48,206 nucleotides of DNA from an uncultured Clostridia bacterium (GCA_944359935.1 CALVTD010000003.1:1-48206); one strand, 5' to 3'; positions 1-8,865 are shown, numbered from the stretch's first letter. The notes: generated from the letters alone by a model not told the origin. A program made the numbers and translations.

Positions 1-181
1 GTAGCGATGTATGGAAGGGATAAATGCTGAAAGCATCTAAGCGTGAAGCCCACCTCAAGATGAGATATCCCATAACACAAGTTAGTAAGACCCGTTGTAG
101 ACTACAACGTTGATAGGTCGGAGGTGTAAGCACAGTAATGTGTTCAGCTGACCGATACTAATAGGTCGAGGGCTTGATCAC
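1..181 (+). rRNA. rrl: 23S rRNA, 3' end (partial)
   Basis: Conserved 23S 3' motifs GCTGAAAGCATCTAAG, GTTGATAGG, TACTAATAGGTCGAGGGCTTGA; followed by 5S. End approximate. Confidence 0.97.
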
Positions 182-276
182 GGATTTGGCATTAAGTTCT
201 GTTATGTAGTTGTCAGAGTTCTATCCAAGGCTCTGTTAGAGAGATAATTTCAGGCAAAACCTGTGATTATACCATA

Positions 277-392
277 TCTGGTGGCGATAGAGAGAAGGTT
301 CCACCTGTTCTCATTCCGAACACAGAAGTTAAGCTTCTCATCGTCGAAAATACTTGGCTGGTAACGGCCCGGGAAGATAGAACACTGCCAGA
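277..392 (+). rRNA. rrf: 5S rRNA
   Basis: TCTGGTGG...CTGCCAGA terminal helix, CATTCCGAACACAGAAGTTAAGC motif, 116 nt. Confidence 0.97.
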
Positions 393-402
393 TAACAACA
401 TT

Positions 403-429
403 AAAGCAACCTTAAAAGGTTGCTTTTTT
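403..429 (+). terminator. Intrinsic terminator after 5S
   Basis: AAAGCAACC-ttaaaa-GGTTGCTTT followed by T run. Confidence 0.8.
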
Positions 430-442
430 GATTTTAATTTTT

Positions 443-720
443 GCAGTGTTCTCTCTTCCCGGAAGGGAAGATATCGCCAAGTCAAAGAAGTATGCGTGGC
501 GATGCGGGCAAGCCCTAATGAACACTGCCAGATAACAAAAAAACGCACCCGCAAGGGTGTGTTTTTTTTCTGGCAGTGTTGTGCGTCTTTGACGCACTGC
601 ACAATTTAAATTGTGCCTATCTTCCCGCACGGAAAGATATCTTCGATGCGAAAAACTGCGTTTTTCTAATGAACACTGCCATATAATTTCATTAAAGCGA
701 CCTCGTAAGGTCGCTTTTTA
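443..720. repeat. Inverted and direct copies of the 5S 3' end interleaved with hairpins and extra terminators
   Basis: Antisense copies 443-462 and 569-627, sense copies 465-536 and 630-686, terminator-like hairpins 537-569 and 693-719. Confidence 0.9.
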
Positions 721-729
721 TTTTTTTTC

Positions 730-785
730 TATCGGCAAAAAAATTATTACTTGTGTTTGACTTTTTGCCGATAAATGCGTATAAT
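730..785 (+). promoter_or_regulatory. sigma-A promoter of the Fic gene overlapped by a 12-bp inverted repeat (putative operator)
   Basis: TTGACT(757-762)-17 nt-TATAAT(780-785); TATCGGCAAAAA (730-741) / TTTTTGCCGATA (762-773). Confidence 0.75.
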
Positions 786-801
786 AATGTTGAGGTAAAA
801 T

Positions 802-1668
802 ATGGAGTTTGTAGGTGTAAGTGAAATCGCCAAGAAATGGGGCGTTAGTGAACGGACAGTGCGAAATGATTGCGCCACTGGCAAAGTGCCGGGTGCATTT
901 TTGCAGGGGAAAACTTGGAAAATTCCTGTTGATGCAGTTAGGCCTGTTCACAAAAAAAATAAATTGCTTGAAATTTTAAAGCAGCAAAAAGAAAGCCATT
1001 TAAAGGGCGGAATTTATCATAAAATTCAAGTGGCATTTGCATATAACTCAAATCATATTGAAGGAAGCACTTTGACGGAAGAGCAAACTCGATTTATTTA
1101 TGAAACCAAAACTATCGGTGTGCAAAAACATTCAGTGAATGTGGATGACATTATTGAAACAATCAACCATTTTAAATGCGTTGATTATGTTATTGATAAC
1201 GCATTAAAGCCATTAACTCAAAAGTTTATAAAAAAACTGCATTATATTTTGAAATCTTCAACAACAGATTCTCAAAAAGCTTGGTTTAATGTGGGAGTGT
1301 ATAAAAAATTGCCAAATGAAATAGGTGGAGAGCAAACTTGCTTGCCTGAAAATGTTGAACAAGAAATGGAAAATTTATTGCGTAAATATTCATCAATCAA
1401 AAATAAAAAACTTGAAGATATAGTTGAATTTCATCAAAAATTTGAAAAAATTCACCCATTTCAAGATGGCAATGGCAGAGTTGGGCGATTAATAATGTTT
1501 AAGGAATGTTTGGCAAACAATATTGTGCCGTTTATTATTGATGACAAATATAAAACATATTATTATCGCGGGCTTAAAGAATGGGGTAGTGAACGCGGCT
1601 TTTTGCTTGAAACATGCTTGTTTATGCAAGATAATTTTAAGAAATGGTTGGAATATTTTAGAATTTAA
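802..1668 (+). CDS. Fic family protein with N-terminal helix-turn-helix domain
   Basis: Fic motif HPFQDGNGRVGR, YNSNHIEG motif, N-terminal HTH-like VSEIAKKWGVSERTVR; RBS GAGGT. Confidence 0.92.
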   Translation: MEFVGVSEIAKKWGVSERTVRNDCATGKVPGAFLQGKTWKIPVDAVRPVHKKNKLLEILKQQKESHLKGGIYHKIQVAFAYNSNHIEGSTLTEEQTRFIYETKTIGVQKHSVNVDDIIETINHFKCVDYVIDNALKPLTQKFIKKLHYILKSSTTDSQKAWFNVGVYKKLPNEIGGEQTCLPENVEQEMENLLRKYSSIKNKKLEDIVEFHQKFEKIHPFQDGNGRVGRLIMFKECLANNIVPFIIDDKYKTYYYRGLKEWGSERGFLLETCLFMQDNFKKWLEYFRI

Positions 1669-1763
1669 AAACTCTTTCGTAACTGAATTTGTTTTAAATT
1701 GTTGTAATCTTGCAACTTTGAGGTGTTTGCATCATATTTTCCTCTAAAAATTTAAAAAAGGTA

Positions 1764-1792
1764 TTGAAATTATTTTAATTTCGTGGTATACT
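1764..1792 (+). promoter_or_regulatory. sigma-A promoter (extended -10)
   Basis: TTGAAA-17 nt-TATACT with upstream TG. Confidence 0.6.
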
Positions 1793-1844
1793 AAGGCATA
1801 AGAAAATGATTTCAAGCATTTAATCATTATTTTAGGAGGGACAC

Positions 1845-3572
1845 ATGTCTAATAAACTTACTAAAATTTTAACTTATTGCAGTTTGGTTTTGGTTATTTT
1901 GGCCGTTGTGATTACAACCGCTATTTGTTTGACAACCGCGCTTTCTTATAAAGTTACAGTTGACGTTGTTATTCAAAACATTGTGCCAGAAGAAGCAACC
2001 GATGCCAATGTTACTGTAAATATCAACGGAACAGAAGTTTCAACTCAAAGAGAGAACACCACTCTTACAGTTAACGCTCAAAAAGATAGGGAAGTTACAA
2101 TTACTTTTAACATGACCGACTATAACTATGTTGGCTTGTATAATGGAACAAAAGACACATATCAAGGCACCGACAGCATTTTGGCTGAGCCAACCGAATA
2201 TGTTTACAAGTTCACCGTTACACAAGACACCAACTACACTCTTGTTGTGGATGCTGCATCCTTCTATCAGGTGAGTGTTGGATACAATGCTGACAAACCT
2301 GTTGACGAAGTTGAGGGTGGGGCAATCGCAGTCACTGCATCAGGCGCCGGCGTTTATGCAGATGGTGACACAGCCAACTCTTATATTGTAAGAGAGGGCG
2401 CAGAGGTTAGCGTTTCATATGAGGCAAGTGAATATACTTTCACAGGCTGGACAAATGGCGATGCAACTTCAACTGACAGCGTTTACACATTCGTTGCAAA
2501 CGGCAACACAACAGTTACTGGAAATTTTGAAGCATATGTTTATTATGATGTTAGAGTAAATTACGCTTTTGACGAGCAAGCAATTGGCGGAAACATTGCG
2601 GTTACTGCAAATGGCCAAGAGGTTACACAAGAAGGCATTACACTTAAAATTCGTGATGGCGCAAATGTTACTCTCAGCGTAGTGAGCGGAACAGGTTATG
2701 ATTTCACAGGCTGGACAAATGTCACAGACAATGCCACATCTGCAACTGTTAATATTGCTGTTTCAGCAAACGCAGAATACACTGCAAACTTTAATGTAAT
2801 TAAATATGATATTGAATATGTTGATGGTGAGGAGTCGACAACTGTGCAAGATGTGGTTTATGGCTCAACACTTCAAGCGGGTCCAGAAGACATCTACGCA
2901 AACGGCTGGAATAAATTCCTTGGCTGGACGCTTAATGGAAGAACATATACGCAAGCAATTTTTGACGGGAATAACAGGGAAATCACTTTAACAGCATCAT
3001 ATAGAAACCAAAGTGAAATCAACTACACTTTTGATGCGGCAGCAACCGATTTTAGCACTGCTGGAACAATTTCTTACAACACAGCAAATGGCCTTGACCT
3101 TGCAAATGCCCCAACAAGAGATTACTACAACCTTATTGGAATAAGCATCAACGGCACACAATATCTTTTCAATGAAGAAAAAACTGGTTTCGCTGACGCG
3201 CAAAACACAATCGACCAATATTTGGTTAATCAAAGTGCCTCAACACTTACAGTTACTCCAATTTGGGAACTTGATGGTGCACCTATAACAGTAAACTTAC
3301 CAAGCGACTCTGATTTCAGCGGAAACATGGATAATGAAGACCAAATTACAGCAGATGCGAACATCGAAACATTGATGGTTACAGAATTCTTTGGAATTGA
3401 CGCTTCGCAAATTGCAAGTTTCAAGATTCAATATAACAGCAGAACTTACACAGTTTCTAGAACAACCGCCGATGCTTATGCAACAATCTCATTTGCAGAT
3501 GTGTTTGACACAATCGGGTTTGATGCAAGTGCATCAACAGAATTGACATTCATCTTTACAAGCAATGTTTAA
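1845..3572 (+). CDS. Membrane-anchored surface protein with InlB B-repeat-like domains
   Basis: N-terminal hydrophobic helix; repeated YTFTGWT / GYDFTGWT / KFLGWT motifs ending in T(A/G)NF; acidic Thr/Asn-rich; RBS AGGAGG. Confidence 0.75.
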   Translation: MSNKLTKILTYCSLVLVILAVVITTAICLTTALSYKVTVDVVIQNIVPEEATDANVTVNINGTEVSTQRENTTLTVNAQKDREVTITFNMTDYNYVGLYNGTKDTYQGTDSILAEPTEYVYKFTVTQDTNYTLVVDAASFYQVSVGYNADKPVDEVEGGAIAVTASGAGVYADGDTANSYIVREGAEVSVSYEASEYTFTGWTNGDATSTDSVYTFVANGNTTVTGNFEAYVYYDVRVNYAFDEQAIGGNIAVTANGQEVTQEGITLKIRDGANVTLSVVSGTGYDFTGWTNVTDNATSATVNIAVSANAEYTANFNVIKYDIEYVDGEESTTVQDVVYGSTLQAGPEDIYANGWNKFLGWTLNGRTYTQAIFDGNNREITLTASYRNQSEINYTFDAAATDFSTAGTISYNTANGLDLANAPTRDYYNLIGISINGTQYLFNEEKTGFADAQNTIDQYLVNQSASTLTVTPIWELDGAPITVNLPSDSDFSGNMDNEDQITADANIETLMVTEFFGIDASQIASFKIQYNSRTYTVSRTTADAYATISFADVFDTIGFDASASTELTFIFTSNV

Positions 3573-3578
3573 TAACAA

Positions 3579-3610
3579 CAAAAAGCCTTGAAAAAATTCA
3601 AGGCTTTTTT
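3579..3610 (+). terminator. Intrinsic terminator
   Basis: AAAAGCCTTGAA-loop-TTCAAGGCTTTT followed by Ts. Confidence 0.8.
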
Positions 3611-3630
3611 AATTTTTTTATTAAAATTTG

Positions 3631-3659
3631 TTGACAAAGTTATTTTACTTTGGTATATT
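3631..3659 (+). promoter_or_regulatory. sigma-A promoter of tRNA-Val
   Basis: TTGACA-17 nt-TATATT with extended -10 TG. Confidence 0.7.
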
Positions 3660-3678
3660 TATCTTGCATCCTTTATTT

Positions 3679-3754
3679 GGGAGTTTAGCTCAGCTGGGAG
3701 AGCATCTGCCTTACAAGCAGAGGGTCATAGGTTCGAGCCCTATAACTCCCACCA
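3679..3754 (+). tRNA. tRNA-Val(TAC)
   Basis: Cloverleaf, anticodon loop CTTACAA, GTTCGAG T-loop, encoded CCA. Confidence 0.97.
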
Positions 3755-3756
3755 GC

Positions 3757-4013
3757 AAAAAAGCACACGCATGTGTGCTTTTTTATTTTGCCTTTGGCAA
3801 AATTGCATGGCTTTGCCATGCGCTGGTGGGAGATATATCTGCGCTTGGCTCACTCTTGCAAGCAAGTTCGCCTGCGCTTGATATAACTCCATTAGTTGCG
3901 TTTGCATGGTGGGAGATATATCAGCGCGTGGCTCACCATTGCAAGCAAGTTCGCTTATGCCTTGATATAACTCCCACCAAAAAAAACGGTCATCGCAAGA
4001 TGGCTGTTTTTTT
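3757..4013. repeat. Terminator, hairpins and two tandem cassettes bounded by inverted/direct copies of the tRNA-Val 3' end
   Basis: TGGTGGGAGATATA at 3824 and 3907; TATAACTCC(CACCA) at 3882 and 3966; shared core GGCTCAC..TTGCAAGCAAGTTCGC; terminators 3757-3784 and 3980-4013. Confidence 0.9.
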
Positions 4014-4061
4014 CACACTTTTTTGCCAAAAAGAATATGTAAAGCAAGGAGGTTTTTTAAA

Positions 4062-4571
4062 ATGCCTATTATTTGTAATGATAACACAAATGGATGCTTT
4101 ACTGGGCCTTACTATCCGCGCCCGATTTTTCAATGCTGCTCGGGTGGTTCGTGTGGTGGCCCGAACACGATTGTAAATCCTACGCGTTCGGAAGAGTGGG
4201 GCTTTTTTGTGGGGGCGAGCGCAACGGTTGCTCAAAATCAGGCCTTGCCACTTACGCTGAATGCCAGTGCGGGTACTGCCGTTACGCAAAGTGATGCCAC
4301 AACCGTGGGACTGACGGCGGGTTCTTACCAAGTTTCGTTTAATGTAACCGCATCTTCTGCCGCCAACCCAATGGAGTTTGCCCTTGAACTTAACGGCACG
4401 GTGCTGCCTTATTCTATCGTTACTGCCACTGGTGACAGCACCAACAAAACCCTTTCAAATTCGGTGATTATTTCAGTGCCAACAAATGCCACGCTGAGGA
4501 TAGTTAACCTAACGGCAGGAAATGCCACGGCCACGCGCAGCAATTTGGCGGCGACAAAACTTTTGACATGA
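4062..4571 (+). CDS. BclA C-terminal-domain-like (spore surface) protein with Cys-rich N-terminus
   Basis: RBS AGGAGG then ATG 4062; beta-rich pattern LTAGSYQVSFNV...ALELNG...ATLRIVN resembles BclA/C1q-type domains; family call from recall. Confidence 0.55.
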   Translation: MPIICNDNTNGCFTGPYYPRPIFQCCSGGSCGGPNTIVNPTRSEEWGFFVGASATVAQNQALPLTLNASAGTAVTQSDATTVGLTAGSYQVSFNVTASSAANPMEFALELNGTVLPYSIVTATGDSTNKTLSNSVIISVPTNATLRIVNLTAGNATATRSNLAATKLLT

Positions 4572-4655
4572 TGCTAAAATTCCCTTTCATTTTTATTTCG
4601 AATGGCGTATAATAATTATAGGGATGGCGCAGGCTAAAAAAAGGAGGGGGAAAGC

Positions 4656-4811
4656 ATGAAAAAAGATTTTGTAAATGACGAGCAACGGCTTTACTGGGAG
4701 CTTTTTAGCAAAGGTCCAAAGGGGCTGAAAGGCAACCCTCTGCTTATTACCGAGTTTATGGAAATGGAAAAAGAGCGCACAAAAATTAAAACTGAGGAGA
4801 TGTCAAGATAA
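4656..4811 (+). CDS. Small YqzL-like protein (51 aa)
   Basis: Strong RBS AAGGAGG; MKKDFVNDEQRLYWELFSKG...; position immediately upstream of recO as for yqzL; not in the ORF track. Confidence 0.6.
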   Translation: MKKDFVNDEQRLYWELFSKGPKGLKGNPLLITEFMEMEKERTKIKTEEMSR

Positions 4812-4814
4812 CAA

Positions 4815-5525
4815 ATGTCTACAAAAGTTAAGGCTTTCGTGCTGGAAGCAAAAGATAGCAAAGAAAAAGATAAACTTGCCACCCTTTACACGCTTGAAAA
4901 TGGCAAGTTTTTTGTTAATTTTAGGGGAGTGAGGGGCGCAAAAGCAAAACTGAAAGCGGCAAAAGAAGTTTTTACTTTTGGCGAGTATGTTATTGAGCAA
5001 ACCAAGGCTGGCAACATTGTAACCGAAGCCAACATTATTGATAATTTCATGCCGCTTAGAAATGATTTGGACAAGTTCTATGAGGCATGTTCGATTTTTG
5101 ACATAGTTAAAAAACTTGGTGCGCAAACGCCAGACCCGGCACTCTTTATTGAAATTTTAAAGGCGATGAAAGCCATATGTTATGACGGGGCGCCAAAATA
5201 TTATGTTGTGATTAAGTTTTTGCTTAACATATTTGAAAACATGGGCTACAAACTTAACTTTGATAAATGTGCAAGTTGCGGCGCAGTGCTCACAGGAAAG
5301 AAATACTTGAATCTCGATTACGGCGAAATTGTCTGTGCAAATTGCAGGCAGATGACCTCAATCGAGGTTGCGCCTGCCACAATTGGCGCGCTTAAAATAA
5401 TCAAACAAACGCCTTATGAAAAACTTAAAACCGTCAAACTTGGCGGCGGAGGTGAGATTAAAGCGCTAAATCTTTTGTGTGAAAACTTTGAGTGGCGCTT
5501 TGGTAGTAAGTTTTTTATTGATTAA
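4815..5525 (+). CDS. recO: DNA repair protein RecO
   Basis: N-terminal OB-type start (EKDKLATLYTLENGK), C-terminal Zn finger CASCG...VCANC. Confidence 0.9.
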   Translation: MSTKVKAFVLEAKDSKEKDKLATLYTLENGKFFVNFRGVRGAKAKLKAAKEVFTFGEYVIEQTKAGNIVTEANIIDNFMPLRNDLDKFYEACSIFDIVKKLGAQTPDPALFIEILKAMKAICYDGAPKYYVVIKFLLNIFENMGYKLNFDKCASCGAVLTGKKYLNLDYGEIVCANCRQMTSIEVAPATIGALKIIKQTPYEKLKTVKLGGGGEIKALNLLCENFEWRFGSKFFID

Positions 5526-5549
5526 AAGGTTGCGTGGCAGCCTTTTTTT
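5525..5549 (+). terminator. Intrinsic terminator after recO
   Basis: AAAAGGTTGC-gtg-GCAGCCTTTT followed by Ts. Confidence 0.7.
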
Positions 5550-5584
5550 ATTTGAAAAAATTTTAATTTTCTTTTGAAAAATGC

Positions 5585-5613
5585 TTGACTTAAAAGGCGT
5601 TATTGTTTATAAT
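5585..5613 (+). promoter_or_regulatory. sigma-A promoter of the S10 operon
   Basis: TTGACT-17 nt-TATAAT. Confidence 0.85.
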
Positions 5614-5619
5614 TACTAT

Positions 5620-5829
5620 GCTGTGAAATATGGGTTGATGCCTAAGGTTACTTTGGTTACCGGCAATCAAAGAGAACTTGGGCGGACAAGTTCGTGGCAA
5701 GACCGCGAGCGGCTGACCTTAATCCACATTTTTTATTGCTCAGCAGCATGAAACACACGGATGCGTGTTCGAGGGTTTCAAAAAGCAAGTGGGGCAAGGC
5801 AGTTTAGCCAAAACTAGGAGGAAAATTAA
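5620..5829 (+). promoter_or_regulatory. Long structured 5' leader of rpsJ (candidate ribosomal-protein leader RNA)
   Basis: About 210 nt, GC-richer than flanks, between promoter and rpsJ RBS, with local stems. Confidence 0.5.
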
Positions 5830-6138
5830 ATGGCAACAAAGAAAATCAGGATTAAACTTAAAGCGTTTGAGCACTCACTCATCGATGAGGCTTGCAAAAG
5901 AATCATCCTTGCTGCTGAGAAAAACGGCGCCAAAGTTGCTGGTCCAATTCCACTTCCAACTGACAGGGAAGTAGTTACGGTTATCCGTTCACCACATATG
6001 CACAAAGATAGCCGTGAACAATTTGAGTCTAAGACTCACAAAAGACTTATCGATATTATTAGTCCATCCACTAAGGTTGTAGACGCTATGATGAAACTCG
6101 ACCTTCCAGCAGGCGTGGACATCCAAATCAAACTGTAA
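5830..6138 (+). CDS. rpsJ: 30S ribosomal protein S10
   Basis: [30 protein letters not shown]. Confidence 0.99.
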   Translation: MATKKIRIKLKAFEHSLIDEACKRIILAAEKNGAKVAGPIPLPTDREVVTVIRSPHMHKDSREQFESKTHKRLIDIISPSTKVVDAMMKLDLPAGVDIQIKL

Positions 6139-6149
6139 GGAGGCACTTC

Positions 6150-6782
6150 GTGAAAAAAGCAATACTAGGCAAAAAACTTGGCATGACACAAGTATTCAGT
6201 TCTAACGGAACTGTTATTCCTGTTACTGTTATTGAAGCAGGCCCTTGCAGTGTCGTTCAAGTAAAAACAAAAGATAATGATGGTTATGAGGCTGTGGTTG
6301 TGGCTTATGGCAAACAAAAAGAGCACAGACTTAACAAACCAAAACTTGGCGTGTTCAAAAAGGCAGGCGTTGAGCCTTGCAGAATTTTAAAAGAATTCAA
6401 ATTTGACAACAGCGCCGATTACACCGTTGGGCAGGTGATTGATTGTGGAATTTTTGCTGAGGGTGATAAGGTTGACGCAATCGGCATCACAAGAGGCAGA
6501 GGTTTTACAGGTGTTATTCAAAGATGGAATAACCACCGTCTTAAAATGAGCCACGGAACAGGCCCTGTTCACAGAGAGGTTGGCTCTATGGGTGCAAACT
6601 CCACCCCATCCAGAGTTTTCAAAAACAAACATATGCCGGGACACTATGGATGTGAAAGAGTTACAATTCAAAACCTTGAAATAGTTAAAGTCGATGCAGA
6701 AAGAGGTGTTCTGCTTGTCAAAGGATGTGTTCCTGGACCTAAGGGCTCAGTTGTTACCATTCGTGAGGCAATTAAAGCATAA
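6150..6782 (+). CDS. rplC: 50S ribosomal protein L3
   Basis: ILGKKLGMTQ, GRGFTGVIQRW; GTG start with RBS. Confidence 0.99.
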   Translation: MKKAILGKKLGMTQVFSSNGTVIPVTVIEAGPCSVVQVKTKDNDGYEAVVVAYGKQKEHRLNKPKLGVFKKAGVEPCRILKEFKFDNSADYTVGQVIDCGIFAEGDKVDAIGITRGRGFTGVIQRWNNHRLKMSHGTGPVHREVGSMGANSTPSRVFKNKHMPGHYGCERVTIQNLEIVKVDAERGVLLVKGCVPGPKGSVVTIREAIKA

Positions 6783-6796
6783 AGGAGTTAATGAAA

Positions 6797-7423
6797 ATGG
6801 CAAAAGTTAAAGTTTATGACATGTCGGCTAAGGTTGTTGGCGAAATTGAACTTAATGACGAACTTTTTGCTCTCCCTTATAACCAGCCTTTAATTCACGA
6901 GGCAGTGGTGGCATATCAGGCTAACCAAAGACAAGGGAACAAGAGCGCTCTCACAAGAAGCGAAGTTAGAGGTCACGCTAAAAAACCTTGGAGACAAAAG
7001 AAAACAGGTCGTGCAAGACACGGCTCAACAAAATCTCCTGAATACACTGGCGGCGGAGTTGTGTTCGCACCAAAACCAAGAGATTTCTCTAAGAAAATGA
7101 ACAAAACTGCAAAGAGACTTGCACTTCTCACTGCTCTTTCAAGAAAACTTGAACTGGGACAACTTGTTGTTCTTAAAGATTTTGAAATTGCAAGCGGAAA
7201 AACCAAAGACGCAAACGCTTTCCTTAAAGCATTTGGCCTTAAAGGCAGAACACTTGTTGTTGGAAAGCAAAATTCTCGAAACACTCTGCGTGCTTCGGCA
7301 AACATTAAGTCTCTTACCACAGAGAATATTGCAACACTTTCAACCTATGAAGTTGTTGCAAACAAAAATGTTCTTATTACATGCGACTCAATCAAATCAA
7401 TAGAGGAGGCTTACGCAGAATAA
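6797..7423 (+). CDS. rplD: 50S ribosomal protein L4
   Basis: KKPWRQKKTGRAR, GGGVVFAPKPRD; start 6797 preferred over 6791 by RBS spacing. Confidence 0.98.
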   Translation: MAKVKVYDMSAKVVGEIELNDELFALPYNQPLIHEAVVAYQANQRQGNKSALTRSEVRGHAKKPWRQKKTGRARHGSTKSPEYTGGGVVFAPKPRDFSKKMNKTAKRLALLTALSRKLELGQLVVLKDFEIASGKTKDANAFLKAFGLKGRTLVVGKQNSRNTLRASANIKSLTTENIATLSTYEVVANKNVLITCDSIKSIEEAYAE

Positions 7424-7725
7424 TGGAAGCATATGAAATTATTAAAAAACCACTCTTAACAGAAAAAAGTTATGCTGGAATACAAGCGAAAGTGTATTCA
7501 TTTGTGGTTGACAAAAGGGCAACTAAAACCGAAATTAAAAAAGCGGTTGAAAGCATTTTTGGAGTGGAAGTAGAAAAAGTTAACACTATGGTTGTTAAAG
7601 GCCACAAAAAAGTTCAAAACACTAAGGCTGGAAGAACAGTAGGCAAAACCAGCGATTACAAAAAAGCAATCGTTACTTTGACTGAAAAATCAAAACCTAT
7701 TGCATTCTTCGAAAGTTTGTCTTAA
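7423..7725 (+). CDS. rplW: 50S ribosomal protein L23
   Basis: IIKKPLLTEKS, KKAIVTL; TAATG overlap with rplD. Confidence 0.98.
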   Translation: MEAYEIIKKPLLTEKSYAGIQAKVYSFVVDKRATKTEIKKAVESIFGVEVEKVNTMVVKGHKKVQNTKAGRTVGKTSDYKKAIVTLTEKSKPIAFFESLS

Positions 7726-7741
7726 TTAAAAGGAGGAAATC

Positions 7742-8569
7742 ATGGCTATTAAAAAATCTAAACCAACATCAGCCGGCAGAAGATTTTATTCTTCACTCGT
7801 GTTTGATGAAGTTACAAAGAAAACGCCTGAAAAATCTCTCCTCGCTGTTAAGAAAAAACATGCTGGAAGAAATGCTCAGGGCAAAATCACAGTTCGTCAT
7901 CAAGGTGGCGGAAACAGACAAAAATATCGTATCATCGATTTCAAACGCAATAAGGATAACATCCCAGCAAAAGTTGTTGGAATTGAATACGACCCAAACA
8001 GAACCGCTTACATCGCTCTGCTTTCATATGCTGACGGAGAAAAAAGATACATCATCGCTCCACTTGGCCTTAAAGTTGGCGACAGCGTAATGAGCGGCGA
8101 AAACGTTGAAATCAAAGTTGGAAACTCTCTTCCAATTTCATCCATCCCAGTTGGTTCAGTTATTCATAACATTGAACTTCAACCTAAAAAGGGTGCTCAA
8201 CTTGGAAGAAGCGCAGGCAGCGCAGTTCAACTTATGGCAAAAGAGGGCAAGTATGCAACACTCAGGCTTCCAAGCGGAGAAATGAGAAAAGTTTTAACCT
8301 CTTGCCGTGCAACCATTGGAACAGTTGGCAACCTTGACCATGAACTTGTTTCTCTTGGCAAGGCTGGAAGAAAACGCCATATGGGCGTTAGACCAACAGT
8401 TCGTGGTGTTGTTATGAACCCTAACGACCACCCACACGGCGGTGGTGAAGGAAAGAGCCCAGTCGGCATGGCGTCTCCAATGACCCCATGGGGCAAACCT
8501 GCACTTGGTCTTAAAACCAGAAAGCACAAAAAAGCATCTAACCGCTTGATGGTTAAGAGAGTTAATTAG
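7742..8569 (+). CDS. rplB: 50S ribosomal protein L2
   Basis: [26 protein letters not shown]. Confidence 0.99.
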   Translation: MAIKKSKPTSAGRRFYSSLVFDEVTKKTPEKSLLAVKKKHAGRNAQGKITVRHQGGGNRQKYRIIDFKRNKDNIPAKVVGIEYDPNRTAYIALLSYADGEKRYIIAPLGLKVGDSVMSGENVEIKVGNSLPISSIPVGSVIHNIELQPKKGAQLGRSAGSAVQLMAKEGKYATLRLPSGEMRKVLTSCRATIGTVGNLDHELVSLGKAGRKRHMGVRPTVRGVVMNPNDHPHGGGEGKSPVGMASPMTPWGKPALGLKTRKHKKASNRLMVKRVN

Positions 8570-8580
8570 GAGAAATAATT

Positions 8581-8865
8581 ATGCAGAAAGAAATTAAAAA
8601 ACCTTATGTGCACCCATCTCTTGTTAAAAAAGTTAGAGAGATGCAAGAGTCTGGCACAAAGAAACCTATCAAAACTTGGTCTCGTGCTTCAACAATCTAT
8701 CCAGAGTTTGTAGGCTTTACTTTTGCTGTTCATAATGGTAAAAAACATGTTCCAGTTTACTGCACAGCCGATATGGTTGGTCATAAACTTGGCGAATTTT
8801 CTCCAACAAGAACTTATAAAGGCCATGCTGCTAAAAAAGCAGCCAAAGGCGCTGGCAAGAAGTAA
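8581..8865 (+). CDS. rpsS: 30S ribosomal protein S19
   Basis: [27 protein letters not shown]. Confidence 0.98.
   Translation: MQKEIKKPYVHPSLVKKVREMQESGTKKPIKTWSRASTIYPEFVGFTFAVHNGKKHVPVYCTADMVGHKLGEFSPTRTYKGHAAKKAAKGAGKK

Noticed and set aside
267-951. Minus-strand ORFs 267-602, 412-630, 718-951
   Set aside because: They overlap 5S rRNA, repeats or the Fic gene and have no recognisable protein features.
3822-3979. CRISPR-like repeat/spacer array after tRNA-Val
   Set aside because: Only two units, the would-be spacers are near-identical, repeats derive from the tRNA, and no cas genes are present.
3588-4176. ORFs 3588-3881 and 3628-4176
   Set aside because: They run through the terminator, tRNA-Val and the repeat cassette; no SD.
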